A stretch of 64,000 bases of DNA from Oligoflexales bacterium (lineage in GTDB: Bacteria; Bdellovibrionota_B; Oligoflexia; Oligoflexales; JALZUQ01). Where the stretch lies: the NCBI GenBank assembly GCA_041740975.1, contig JBGSKV010000088.1, positions 33,734-97,733 of the forward strand, written 5' to 3'. Below the pieces are notes generated by a model. The model did no database searches and had not been told where the DNA came from. It worked only from the letters and a program-made list of their open reading frames with translations. The position numbers were made by a program, and so were the translations under genes. This document shows positions 55,126-64,000 of this stretch, piece after piece. Each line of letters begins with the position of its first letter. The stretch's first letter is position 1.

Positions 55126-57105
55126 ATGTCGAGCAATCAATCAAAAGACAATCTAGTCATCAATGCACTCAAAGGACTTGTGATCGATGGGGTCAATGCC
55201 GCGCAATCCGGACATCCCGGCGGGGCTATGGGCAGTATGGACTTTGTTTATCTTCTCTATTCTGAGTATTTAGCCTTTGATCCACAAGACCCCAAATGGC
55301 TCGGTCGCGACCGATTCGTGTTAAGTGCGGGTCATATGTCGATGCAGCTTTATGCCCTTCTTTTTGCGAACGGTTGGCTAGAAACGAATGATCTCGAAAA
55401 ATTTCGCCAGTTGCACTCTCGAACGCCTGGTCATCCCGAAAACTTTATGACTCCAGGAGTCGAATGCACGACAGGACCTCTCGGCCAAGGTGCGGCAATG
55501 TCCGTTGGGATGGCCATCAGTGCTATGAACTTGAAGGCGACTTCTCAAACTCAGCTTTTTGACTATAAGACTTACGCCCTCGTTGGCGATGGCTGCATGC
55601 AGGAAGACGTGACTTTGGGAGCCGCGTCGCTAGCAGGGCATCTTAAACTTAGCAATTTAGTTTGGTTTTACGATCGTAACCGCAAGCAGATTTCCGGTGA
55701 TATTAGCCGCGCGACCTCCGATAATGAAAAGTTAATTTTTCAAGGCTTTGGTTGGGACGTTGTTGAAATTGACGCGCATGATCATTCGCAAATACGAAAA
55801 GCACTCAATCAAGCCAAACAGAAGAAAGACGGTAAGCCACTTTTGATTATCGGCGAAAGCATCATGGCCAAAGGTGCTCATTCCGTGGAAGGCGATCATG
55901 AGACCCACGGCGCACCGCTTTCGGCTGATGAACGTAGTAAAACCAAAACCAAATTAGGTATCGACGCCGATAGCAATTTCTTTTTTTCAGACGAATTGCG
56001 TCAACACTACCAACGTAATTTTGCAAAACTTAAAGACAACGTAAACAGCTGGAAAAGCCATCTCGACGAATCCTTAAAGAACCCTCAATTCAAAAAAATG
56101 TACGAGACTTTTACGAAGCCCATCGACACTGAAAAGCTTCCAGCCATCAACTGGCAGAAAGACAAAGCTCTCGCGACTCGCAACGCTTTCGGCGATATCA
56201 TTTCATCGTGGTGTGAAGCGTTACCGCAACTCATGGGCGGCAGTGCTGATTTGGAACCAAGTAATATGACCGGCGCGTTCGCAAAAAAAGTGGGGGATTT
56301 CCAAGCCAATAACCCCATCGGTCGCAATATCGCCTTTGGCGTGCGCGAATTTCCGATGGCAGCCATTTGTAACGGTATGGCTCTTGGTGGTTTGCATGTT
56401 CCCTTTAGTGCGACATTTTTGAGTTTTGCAGACTACTCCCGCCCCGCTCTCCGCTTAGGTGCAATCCAAAGAGTGCGCGTCATCCATGAGTTCACCCATG
56501 ATTCCTTTTATCTGGGCGAAGATGGACCTACGCATCAGCCAATTGAACACGTGATGAGCCTCAGAGCGATTCCGGACTTTCATGTGATGCGCCCAGCCGA
56601 TGGCGTAGAAACCGAAATCATGATGCGTGAAGCTATACGGATTTCGTATCCAAGCGCAGTTTGTTTGACCCGCCAGAAGCTCGCATTTTTGGCGTTACCT
56701 GATCGCGAAAAGGACAATGTTAAAAAAGGCGCCTACATTTTGGTAGATCAACCTAAAGCCGATATGGTGATTTACGCCTCCGGAAGCGAAGTCCATCTGG
56801 CTTTGTCGGTAGCCAAGAAATTACAGGAAAAGAATATCGCCGCAAAAGTCGTCTCCATGCCGTGTTGGGAACTTTTTTTCCAACAAGACAAAGCCTATCA
56901 AAAGCGGATATTCGCCGACGAATGCACGAAGCGTGTTTCGATAGAAGCCGGTACAACCTTGGGTTGGGAGCGTTTTGTCGGTCGCCATGGTTTGATGATC
57001 GGAATCGATCACTTCGGGGCCAGCGCACCCGCGGGAGATCTCGAAAAAGAATATGGTTTTACTACCGATTCGGTTTATGAAAAAATACAGGCTCATTATT
57101 TCTAG
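55126..57105 (+). CDS. tkt: Transketolase
   Basis: SGHPG, RDRFVLSAGH, TTGPLGQG, GDGCMQE, FGVREF, GEDGPTHQPIE. Confidence 0.97.
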   Translation: MSSNQSKDNLVINALKGLVIDGVNAAQSGHPGGAMGSMDFVYLLYSEYLAFDPQDPKWLGRDRFVLSAGHMSMQLYALLFANGWLETNDLEKFRQLHSRTPGHPENFMTPGVECTTGPLGQGAAMSVGMAISAMNLKATSQTQLFDYKTYALVGDGCMQEDVTLGAASLAGHLKLSNLVWFYDRNRKQISGDISRATSDNEKLIFQGFGWDVVEIDAHDHSQIRKALNQAKQKKDGKPLLIIGESIMAKGAHSVEGDHETHGAPLSADERSKTKTKLGIDADSNFFFSDELRQHYQRNFAKLKDNVNSWKSHLDESLKNPQFKKMYETFTKPIDTEKLPAINWQKDKALATRNAFGDIISSWCEALPQLMGGSADLEPSNMTGAFAKKVGDFQANNPIGRNIAFGVREFPMAAICNGMALGGLHVPFSATFLSFADYSRPALRLGAIQRVRVIHEFTHDSFYLGEDGPTHQPIEHVMSLRAIPDFHVMRPADGVETEIMMREAIRISYPSAVCLTRQKLAFLALPDREKDNVKKGAYILVDQPKADMVIYASGSEVHLALSVAKKLQEKNIAAKVVSMPCWELFFQQDKAYQKRIFADECTKRVSIEAGTTLGWERFVGRHGLMIGIDHFGASAPAGDLEKEYGFTTDSVYEKIQAHYF

Positions 57106-57151
57106 AACTTTTCAAAATTGTTTGAAGTGACTTGTACCAAGAGGAACTTTT

Positions 57152-59566
57152 ATGAGAATTCGACGCGCAGCCGTATTGGGCGCAGGGGTTATGGGCGCAC
57201 AAATCGCCGCCTTACTTTCTGCCGCTGGAGTCCGGACTTATTTATTCGATCTACCGAGCGACGCTCCACCAGCTGATCCGAAACTGGCGAAAGCTGTGGA
57301 CAAAAACTTTCGGTCCACTCGATCGGTATTGGCGATCGAACAACTTAAAGAACTAAAACCCTCGCCTATTTTGTCCGAACTCACACTGGCTGGGATTATT
57401 CCGGTCAATTTTGAAGACGATATTTCAGTGATTCGCGATGTGGACTGGGTGATCGAGGCCGTTGTCGAGCGACTCGATATCAAGCAACCACTTCTCAAGA
57501 AACTAAGTGAATACCACCGTCCCGGAACACCCATTACAACCAATACGTCAGGAATTAGCCTCGGCAAACTCTGTGAAGGCTTACCGGAGTCGTTTACATC
57601 CTGTTTTTTTGGGACACATTTTTTCAACCCACCACGCTACATGAAACTTCTGGAAATCATTCCTCACGATGGAACGGATCCAGCTTTGATGGCAGATTTG
57701 GCCGAATGGATTGAACATCGTCTCGGCAAAGGTTTAGTGGAAGCCAAAGACACGATTAATTTTATCGGCAATCGGATCGGTGTTTTTACAATTCAGTCGA
57801 CCTTTCAACACACGGATGAACTCAAGTTAAATTTTGAAACAGTCGACGCTCTCACCGGCACGATCATGGGTCGCCCGAGTTCGGCGACTTATCGCACGGT
57901 CGATGTGGTTGGTTTGGATACTTACGCGCATGTCGCCAGAAACGTCTATGATTTGGTCCCAAACGATCCTTATCGCAATGCTTTCAAGGCACCACAATGG
58001 ATGGCCGGCCTTATTGAAAAAGGTCACGTCGGACAAAAGTCCGATAGCACTGGCTGTTACAAAAAAATTAAGAATAAAGGCGAAACTGAAATCCTCGCCT
58101 ATCGTCCCGAATCTGGCACTTACGAGCCGCAAAACGTACAAGATTTTGCTTGGATGAAAGACGTCAAGCGCCTGGACCTTGTCAAACGCTTGCAGACGAT
58201 TCTAGGTCAAAACGATGCCGGAGCGCAGCTTATTTGGCGAGTTTTGCGCGATACCTTTGCTTACTCAGCTCTCCTTGTCAAAGACATCGCCAATGGTAAG
58301 CCTATGGCCGTAGATGAAGCGATTCGATGGGGCTTCAATTGGGAAATGGGGCCGTTTGAACTTTGGCAAGCGCTTGGCTACGAAAAGATTTTGCAACGCA
58401 TGCAAGCGGAAGGCATTAAGCTTCCCAGTGACTTTGATAAAGTGACTTTCTACAAACCGGCGCCGGGTACGGACGAATGGGAACTCACAGGCCCATCATC
58501 GCAATGGAATTTTTTGGATAAGTCTTTCCGCGCTGTCGAAAAGTCTCAGCATCATATAAAGCTGCCGACTTCCGGAACGTCGAAAGATCCACGAGTTGTT
58601 CTTAAGAACGAATTTGCATCTTTAGTTGATATTGGTGACGGGGTCGCTGCCCTTAGTTTTCATTCCAAAATGAATACTTTGGACCTGCAACTTCTTGATC
58701 TCGTGCAAAAAGCTTTGGTTGTGACGAATGACCAGTTTGCAGCGATGGTCATTGCTAATGACGGCCCGCATTTTTCGGCCGGCGCCAATCTACAAGTCAT
58801 CTTGCAAGCCATTATGAAAAAAGACTTCGCGAGCATTGATCAAACTTTGCGGCATTTTCAAGCTACGATGCAACTTATCAAATACTCTTCGTTCCCGGTG
58901 ATTGCTTGTCCGTTTAATTTGACCCTGGGTGGCGGCTGTGAAGTGAGCCTTCATGCACATAGACAGCTTGTCCATATAGAAACTTACGCCGGCCTTGTAG
59001 AAGTTGGCGTGGGTTTGATCCCGGGTGCAGGTGGAACCAAGGAACTAGCCTTGCGCGCCTATCGCACGGCGGGATTAGGCGATACTTACAAACCGATGCC
59101 GTTTTTGCAAAGAGCTTTTATGCTCATCGGCATGGGCAAGACGTCGACGTCCGGCGCTAACGCCATCGAAATGAGCCTTTATGATTACGCGACTTCGACC
59201 GTAACCTTTACAAAAGACCGCCAAACTTCACAGGCCAAATTTATGGCGATAGAAATGCTCCAACGTGGTTTTTCACCGGCCATGCCAGTGCAAAGCGTGG
59301 CAGTAGTCGGCGATCCTGGTATTCAGACCTTCAAAATGATGTTGTACAATATGGTGCAAGGCCGACAAATTTCCGAGTACGACGCTTTTATTGGTGAACG
59401 TGTTGCGACCGTTCTCTGTGGCGGTGAAGTTGATCGCGGCACCAAACTTAGCGAACAACAATTTTTGGATTTGGAACGACGCGTTTTTGTCGAACTTTGC
59501 CAACAAGAGAAAACAGCGGCCCGTATAGAACATATGTTGAAAACCGGAAAACCATTGCGTAACTAA
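57152..59566 (+). CDS. fadN: 3-hydroxyacyl-CoA dehydrogenase/enoyl-CoA hydratase (FadN-like)
   Basis: GAGVMG, EAVVERLD, HFFNPPRYMKLLE, FSAGANL, LGGGCE, GKPLRN. Confidence 0.9.
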   Translation: MRIRRAAVLGAGVMGAQIAALLSAAGVRTYLFDLPSDAPPADPKLAKAVDKNFRSTRSVLAIEQLKELKPSPILSELTLAGIIPVNFEDDISVIRDVDWVIEAVVERLDIKQPLLKKLSEYHRPGTPITTNTSGISLGKLCEGLPESFTSCFFGTHFFNPPRYMKLLEIIPHDGTDPALMADLAEWIEHRLGKGLVEAKDTINFIGNRIGVFTIQSTFQHTDELKLNFETVDALTGTIMGRPSSATYRTVDVVGLDTYAHVARNVYDLVPNDPYRNAFKAPQWMAGLIEKGHVGQKSDSTGCYKKIKNKGETEILAYRPESGTYEPQNVQDFAWMKDVKRLDLVKRLQTILGQNDAGAQLIWRVLRDTFAYSALLVKDIANGKPMAVDEAIRWGFNWEMGPFELWQALGYEKILQRMQAEGIKLPSDFDKVTFYKPAPGTDEWELTGPSSQWNFLDKSFRAVEKSQHHIKLPTSGTSKDPRVVLKNEFASLVDIGDGVAALSFHSKMNTLDLQLLDLVQKALVVTNDQFAAMVIANDGPHFSAGANLQVILQAIMKKDFASIDQTLRHFQATMQLIKYSSFPVIACPFNLTLGGGCEVSLHAHRQLVHIETYAGLVEVGVGLIPGAGGTKELALRAYRTAGLGDTYKPMPFLQRAFMLIGMGKTSTSGANAIEMSLYDYATSTVTFTKDRQTSQAKFMAIEMLQRGFSPAMPVQSVAVVGDPGIQTFKMMLYNMVQGRQISEYDAFIGERVATVLCGGEVDRGTKLSEQQFLDLERRVFVELCQQEKTAARIEHMLKTGKPLRN

Positions 59567-59575
59567 GGATCGTTT

Positions 59576-60754
59576 ATGAAACCAGTTTATATTATTTCGC
59601 CTTATCGCTCAGCCGTAGCCAAAGCTTTCCGCGGAAGTTTTGCTAACAAACGTCCGGATGATTTGTGCGCTGATGTCATCAAAGGCGTCATGGCCAAAAC
59701 CCCGACGCTTGACCCAGCTCTTATCGAAGATGTCGTGATTGGCTGCGCTATGCCCGAAGCGGAACAAGGCATGAATATCGCACGATTCGCTTTGCTCTTG
59801 GCAGGTTTACCGGATTCGGTACCTGGTATGACCATCAATCGCTTTTGTTCTTCTGGCCTACAATCCATCGCCATTGCTTATCAACAAATCGCCGCCGGCC
59901 AAGCCGAATGCGTTTTGGCAGGTGGAACCGAATCCATGACCATGATTCCGATGATGGGTCATGAAGTGGTGGGAAGCCGCGAAGTAATGACTGAACATCC
60001 TGAGTTTTATTTGAGTATGGGCCTTACTGCCGAAAATGTGGCGAAAGATTATAAGGTCAGCCGCGAAGACCAAGATCGTTTTTCATTTGAATCCCATCAG
60101 AAAGCCGTCCAAGCGATCGAAAAAGGTTTATTTAAAAACGAAATTATTCCCGTTGAATTCGAACATCGCAGTCTTGGAAAAAACGCAGAGGCCGTTGTCA
60201 AAAGAGGCATTCTAATGCAAGACGAAGGTCCGCGTGTGGATACGACTTTGGAAGCGCTCGCCAAATTGCGAGCCGTGTTTTTGACAGGTGGTACGGTCAC
60301 TGCAGGCAACAGTTCTCAAATGTCGGACGGTGCGGCAGCCTGTATTGTGGCTTCCGAAAGTTTCGTCAAAAAACATAACTTGAAACCAATGGCCCGCATG
60401 TGCGGATTTAGTGTGGCCGGCGTACCTCCGCGTATCATGGGCATTGGCCCGATTGAAGCGATTCCGAAAGCGCTAAAATTGGCCGGCATCACCATGAAAC
60501 AAATTGAACGCATTGAACTCAACGAAGCTTTCGCCGCGCAAGCATTGGCCGTCACACGCGAACTCAAACTCGATCCCAAAATGATCAATCCAACCGGCGG
60601 CGCCATCGCCCTCGGACATCCTCTTGGAGCAACGGGAGCCAAACTTGCCGCGACGTTGATTCACGGTATGCACCGCGACAACCAAAAGTACGGTATCGTC
60701 TCTATGTGTATCGGAACGGGTATGGGTGCTGCCGGGGTGTTTGAAAAAGTATAG
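59576..60754 (+). CDS. fadA: Acetyl-CoA C-acyltransferase (thiolase)
   Basis: NRFCSSG, ELNEAFA, GGAIALGHPLGATG, MCIGTGMG. Confidence 0.95.
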   Translation: MKPVYIISPYRSAVAKAFRGSFANKRPDDLCADVIKGVMAKTPTLDPALIEDVVIGCAMPEAEQGMNIARFALLLAGLPDSVPGMTINRFCSSGLQSIAIAYQQIAAGQAECVLAGGTESMTMIPMMGHEVVGSREVMTEHPEFYLSMGLTAENVAKDYKVSREDQDRFSFESHQKAVQAIEKGLFKNEIIPVEFEHRSLGKNAEAVVKRGILMQDEGPRVDTTLEALAKLRAVFLTGGTVTAGNSSQMSDGAAACIVASESFVKKHNLKPMARMCGFSVAGVPPRIMGIGPIEAIPKALKLAGITMKQIERIELNEAFAAQALAVTRELKLDPKMINPTGGAIALGHPLGATGAKLAATLIHGMHRDNQKYGIVSMCIGTGMGAAGVFEKV

Positions 60755-60759
60755 TTTAT

Positions 60760-61308
60760 TGAACACTCGCTGCGCGAGTGAGGGTTGTTTTACATTAGCT
60801 CCGCCCTTCACAGGCGGAGCTTTTGTTTTTTACGAAGTGGTGGTGGAAACTTCTCATCACTGTCTCCAGAGGGTACGCTTGCCAGAATAGCCACTGGGAT
60901 TTTTATTTGGGCCAGAGCTCCTGCCCAGGCTGCGCTGGTGTTCGCGCGTCCTGCGCTCACAACCCCCTCTGGGGACAGTGCTGAGAATTTTCTACCACCA
61001 CTTCGTAAAAGCCAAAATCTCCAACAGTGAGGCTCCGCCAAACTGGGTCCCTCAATCGAGCAACCGTTGCGGATGCAACTCGTGCGAGCACGCACTCGTG
61101 TGCGAAGCCTCACCGTCGCAGTTTTTACCCGATGGTTGACTGGGACGGTTGAGCCGGCTTAGATTTGGCTGGGCATTGAGGCTGCATCAGCCGACACCGC
61201 CCAGATAAATCTTAGCCGGGAGAACCGGGCCAATCAAACATAGAAATGAAAACTGTGAGAGTGAAAGGCGGAGCAAATTTAGATGTCCGGCCGCGGAGCG
61301 GCCGTTCA
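60760..61308. repeat. 549-bp nested palindromic intergenic element (REPIN/MITE-like or structured RNA)
   Basis: Inverted homologous arms starting TGAAC plus hairpin; 46-bp inner inverted repeat (60828-60873 / 60965-61010, 4 mismatches); 143-nt rod at 61116-61258. Confidence 0.8.
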
Positions 61309-61322
61309 TTAATCTATGGATT

Positions 61323-62219
61323 TTATTCGCTAAGACAAGCTTTGACTTTGACAGATTCGCCGGGAATCACTCGCGCATAAATCATGCGTGAACACTTTCC
61401 ACTGTTAACAGATACTTTATAGAGTTCGGGAAAGGTAACCATTAATGCAATCGAACAGGAAGTTGCCCCTTTGCATGCACCCGATGGTGGTGGCGCGGCA
61501 ATCGGATCGCCGTCGATGGAAACTCTCTTGACTGGTTCAGCTTTGCAAGTACCTTCATCCAACACATCAAGGCCATTGGCTTTGACTTCAGCAAATACGC
61601 AGTCGATGTGAGACTGACGAGCTTCTGCCCGGCGAGGTTTGACTTCATCTTTTGGAAAATCAATATCTACCAAAACTTCTTCAGAATCTTGCGCGCTCAC
61701 CCGCTGCATCTTAAGAACTAAATGGCCCACAGACGATTGAAATACATCCGACTGGGCTTTAAAAATGAGGCCCCGACTATTTAAAATAAGAACTCGAATT
61801 TCGTATTTATAACTCGGGTCTAAATTACCAAGCTTAGCTAGAGCGCCATTTGTACAAGTGTATGGAAAAGAAACCGTTTCAGTTTTAATGGAACCATCGC
61901 CACTTTGCTCGCGGAGCATCACAATAATGCGAGAACCAAATTCTTTGCGATCACCTTCACGGCAAATCAAACTTATTTTACTATTATTATTAAGGGCTAG
62001 GTTACTGGGAACTTCAATACTTTTACCGTCTAGTTGATCATGGCCTTCCGGTAGTTTTAATCCAAATTCAAACTGTCCAGCCCCGATATTTTGAACATTC
62101 ACAGCTTCGTCGGTAGATGTCGTTGAGGAGCGAGTATCTAGCGTCGTGTCTGAACCGTCAGAACAGGCCAACATGATCCCCGCTAAAACGATTGTTGAGT
62201 AGATAAGGTAACGACGCAT
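61323..62219 (-). CDS. Hypothetical lipoprotein
   Basis: MRRYL...MLAC lipobox (ATG 62219); TCAAG-N16-CCGAAA upstream at 62268-62294. Confidence 0.7.
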   Translation of the reverse strand: MRRYLIYSTIVLAGIMLACSDGSDTTLDTRSSTTSTDEAVNVQNIGAGQFEFGLKLPEGHDQLDGKSIEVPSNLALNNNSKISLICREGDRKEFGSRIIVMLREQSGDGSIKTETVSFPYTCTNGALAKLGNLDPSYKYEIRVLILNSRGLIFKAQSDVFQSSVGHLVLKMQRVSAQDSEEVLVDIDFPKDEVKPRRAEARQSHIDCVFAEVKANGLDVLDEGTCKAEPVKRVSIDGDPIAAPPPSGACKGATSCSIALMVTFPELYKVSVNSGKCSRMIYARVIPGESVKVKACLSE

Positions 62220-62420
62220 AAGAACTCCCACGACTTTGTTCTCATTAAGAACCGAATATAAGACTGCTTTCGGTCCGAGCAGGCGCCTGCTTGACGAAGG
62301 CTTTTTTTTCATTTAATTTCAAATAGTTATACGAATTTCAAGGGCGTTCGCCAAAGTCTAAGCGCAGGGAATGATTGGCGCAATCAGCAGAAATGATAGT
62401 GTGTGGACTATAGGAGTCTT

Positions 62421-63830
62421 ATGCAACCCTCGACACTTGCCCCCCAAGACATTATCAAGCGCCTCGGCGATTTCTTTGCAGCGAACCAAATCCTTACCGA
62501 TGAAGCCTCGCTTAAAATATACGGCAAGGACTGGACGAAGTTCTTCACGCCCGATGCTTTGGCTATCGTGTTGCCCACAACTGTTGGGCAAATTTCTAAA
62601 TTCTTAGCTTTTTGTAACGAACATCGTATTTCAGTCGTCACGAGTGGTGGAAGAACTGGTCTGGCTGGTGGAAGTGTTGCGACCAATAAAGAAATTGTTC
62701 TCTCTCTCGCGAAACTGAATAAGATTATTGAAGTTGATGACGTGAGTTTGACAATAACGGCAGAGGCTGGTGCCATAACCGAAAACCTACAAAAAGCAGC
62801 GTCTGAGAAAGGCCTGCTTTTACCTTTGGACCTAGCAGCCAAGGGAAGTTGCCACATTGGCGGAAACGTTGCCACCAATGCCGGGGGATTAAATGTCATT
62901 CGTTATGGCATGACCCGATTACTAGTCTTGGGCCTCGAAGTCGTCTTGGCTAATGGTGAAGTCTTGGACTTCAATAAAAAACTCACTAAAGACAATACTG
63001 GCTACGACTTAAAGCAACTTTTTATCGGATCTGAAGGCACACTTGGTGTCATTACAAAGGTAACTTTAAAGTTACAAACTCGACCGAAAAGTTCGCAAGT
63101 GGCCTTTCTTGGCATTGATGATATAGGCCGAGTGCCGAAGGTTTTAACGAAATGCTATCAATCCCACATGAGTTTGCGTGCATTTGAATTTTTATCATCC
63201 GCTTGTTTGGGACTTGTACTTAAAACTTTTCCTAGTAAAAAATCTCCACTCTCAGCAAGCACCGCGTATTATTTGCTTTTGGAGTTTGATGAAGTTTCTT
63301 CGGAAGATTCGGAAAAGTTTTTTGAAGATCTTTTCTCTGAAGATGTTATTGCGGATGGGACGATGAGTACCAACTCTTCAGAATATAAAGAAATTTGGTC
63401 TCTGCGTGAAAACATTACGGAGTCAATCAGCACGCATAAATTTGTATATAAAAACGACATCGCTGTTGCCGTTTCGGAGTTACCGGGATTTCTTGCAAAG
63501 TTTGACGAACTTTTGAAGAAACAGGATAATACTAATCTTAGCGCCTTCATCTTTGGTCACATTGGCGACGGCAACGTGCATCTCAATCTCGCAAGCCATG
63601 ACTCAAACACCGTGGCACTTCAAGCTTCCACGAAAAAGATAGAATCCGCTGTTACGCAGCTACTTGTCGCACACAAGGGCAGCATTAGCGCCGAGCATGG
63701 AATTGGTTTGTTGAAAAAAGATACCTTTCTCAAAACACTGCCACCGACGCAGCTTCAGCTGATGAAAAGTATCCGAAGCCTTCTTGACCCAAATGGAATT
63801 CTCAATCCCGGCAAAATCTTTGACATGTAG
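62421..63830 (+). CDS. FAD-binding oxidoreductase (D-2-hydroxyglutarate/D-lactate dehydrogenase, GlcD-like)
   Basis: GGRTGLAGG, IGGNVATNAGG, KDNTGYDLKQLFIGSEGTLG, GHIGDGNVH, SAEHGIG, LNPGK; AGGAG RBS before ATG 62421. Confidence 0.93.
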   Translation: MQPSTLAPQDIIKRLGDFFAANQILTDEASLKIYGKDWTKFFTPDALAIVLPTTVGQISKFLAFCNEHRISVVTSGGRTGLAGGSVATNKEIVLSLAKLNKIIEVDDVSLTITAEAGAITENLQKAASEKGLLLPLDLAAKGSCHIGGNVATNAGGLNVIRYGMTRLLVLGLEVVLANGEVLDFNKKLTKDNTGYDLKQLFIGSEGTLGVITKVTLKLQTRPKSSQVAFLGIDDIGRVPKVLTKCYQSHMSLRAFEFLSSACLGLVLKTFPSKKSPLSASTAYYLLLEFDEVSSEDSEKFFEDLFSEDVIADGTMSTNSSEYKEIWSLRENITESISTHKFVYKNDIAVAVSELPGFLAKFDELLKKQDNTNLSAFIFGHIGDGNVHLNLASHDSNTVALQASTKKIESAVTQLLVAHKGSISAEHGIGLLKKDTFLKTLPPTQLQLMKSIRSLLDPNGILNPGKIFDM

Positions 63831-63856
63831 GCTTATAAGCATACATAATAAAGGTC

Positions 63857-64000
63857 ATGCAATTTTTGCTTAAAATCTGCTTCTCGGGTGCCATACTTTA
63901 TTGGCTAATCCATACCGATCGCCTTAATTTTAGAGAACTAGACGTTTTTTTCACGCAACCAAGAACGTTGGCCATGTTTCTTTTCTACTGGCTCTTTGCA
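63857..64000 (+). CDS. N-terminus of a membrane protein, possibly LPG synthase TM/flippase-like; runs off the window
   Basis: MQFLLKICFSGAILYWLIHTDRLNFRELDVFF..., open to the window end. Confidence 0.5.
   Translation, partial: MQFLLKICFSGAILYWLIHTDRLNFRELDVFFTQPRTLAMFLFYWLFA

Noticed and set aside
60785-61113. ORFs 60785-61030 (+) and 60808-61113 (-)
   Set aside because: They mirror each other because of the inverted repeat; no RBS or protein motif.
61116-61258. Rod hairpin as 6S RNA
   Set aside because: No large central bubble, and it is embedded in a repeat element; cannot be supported without a covariance search.

Overview
Bacterial chromosomal window made mostly of housekeeping, lipoprotein and secreted-protein genes. 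The abundant orphan lipoproteins, an AgmX/PglI-type domain and sigma28-like promoters suggest Bdellovibrionota/Oligoflexia, but this is inference only. Recognisable modules: a DEAD-box helicase, carboxy(nor)spermidine synthesis genes, SPFH/NfeD, kup, a lexA-imuA-imuB-dnaE2 mutagenesis cassette with an unusual tandem palindromic operator, a chaperone-usher pilus operon (four pilin paralogues plus a coupled GH99-like hydrolase, with a fifth orphan pilin about 23 kb away), add, ogt, tdk, a very large class A PBP, tkt and fadN-fadA. Most notable: (1) a 5.6-kb island bounded by a 219-bp, about 95% identical direct repeat that abuts an IS91/ISCR-type oriIS; it carries RAYT/REP-like remnants and a transglutaminase-like lipoprotein with nine knottin-like repeats; (2) a 549-bp nested palindromic non-coding element with GNA-triloop hairpins and a solo related copy 16 kb upstream; (3) a DnaC/IstB-like ATPase paired with an apparently catalytically dead paralogue. 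No rRNA, tRNA or CRISPR array was seen. All calls come from reading motifs by eye; no searches were run.
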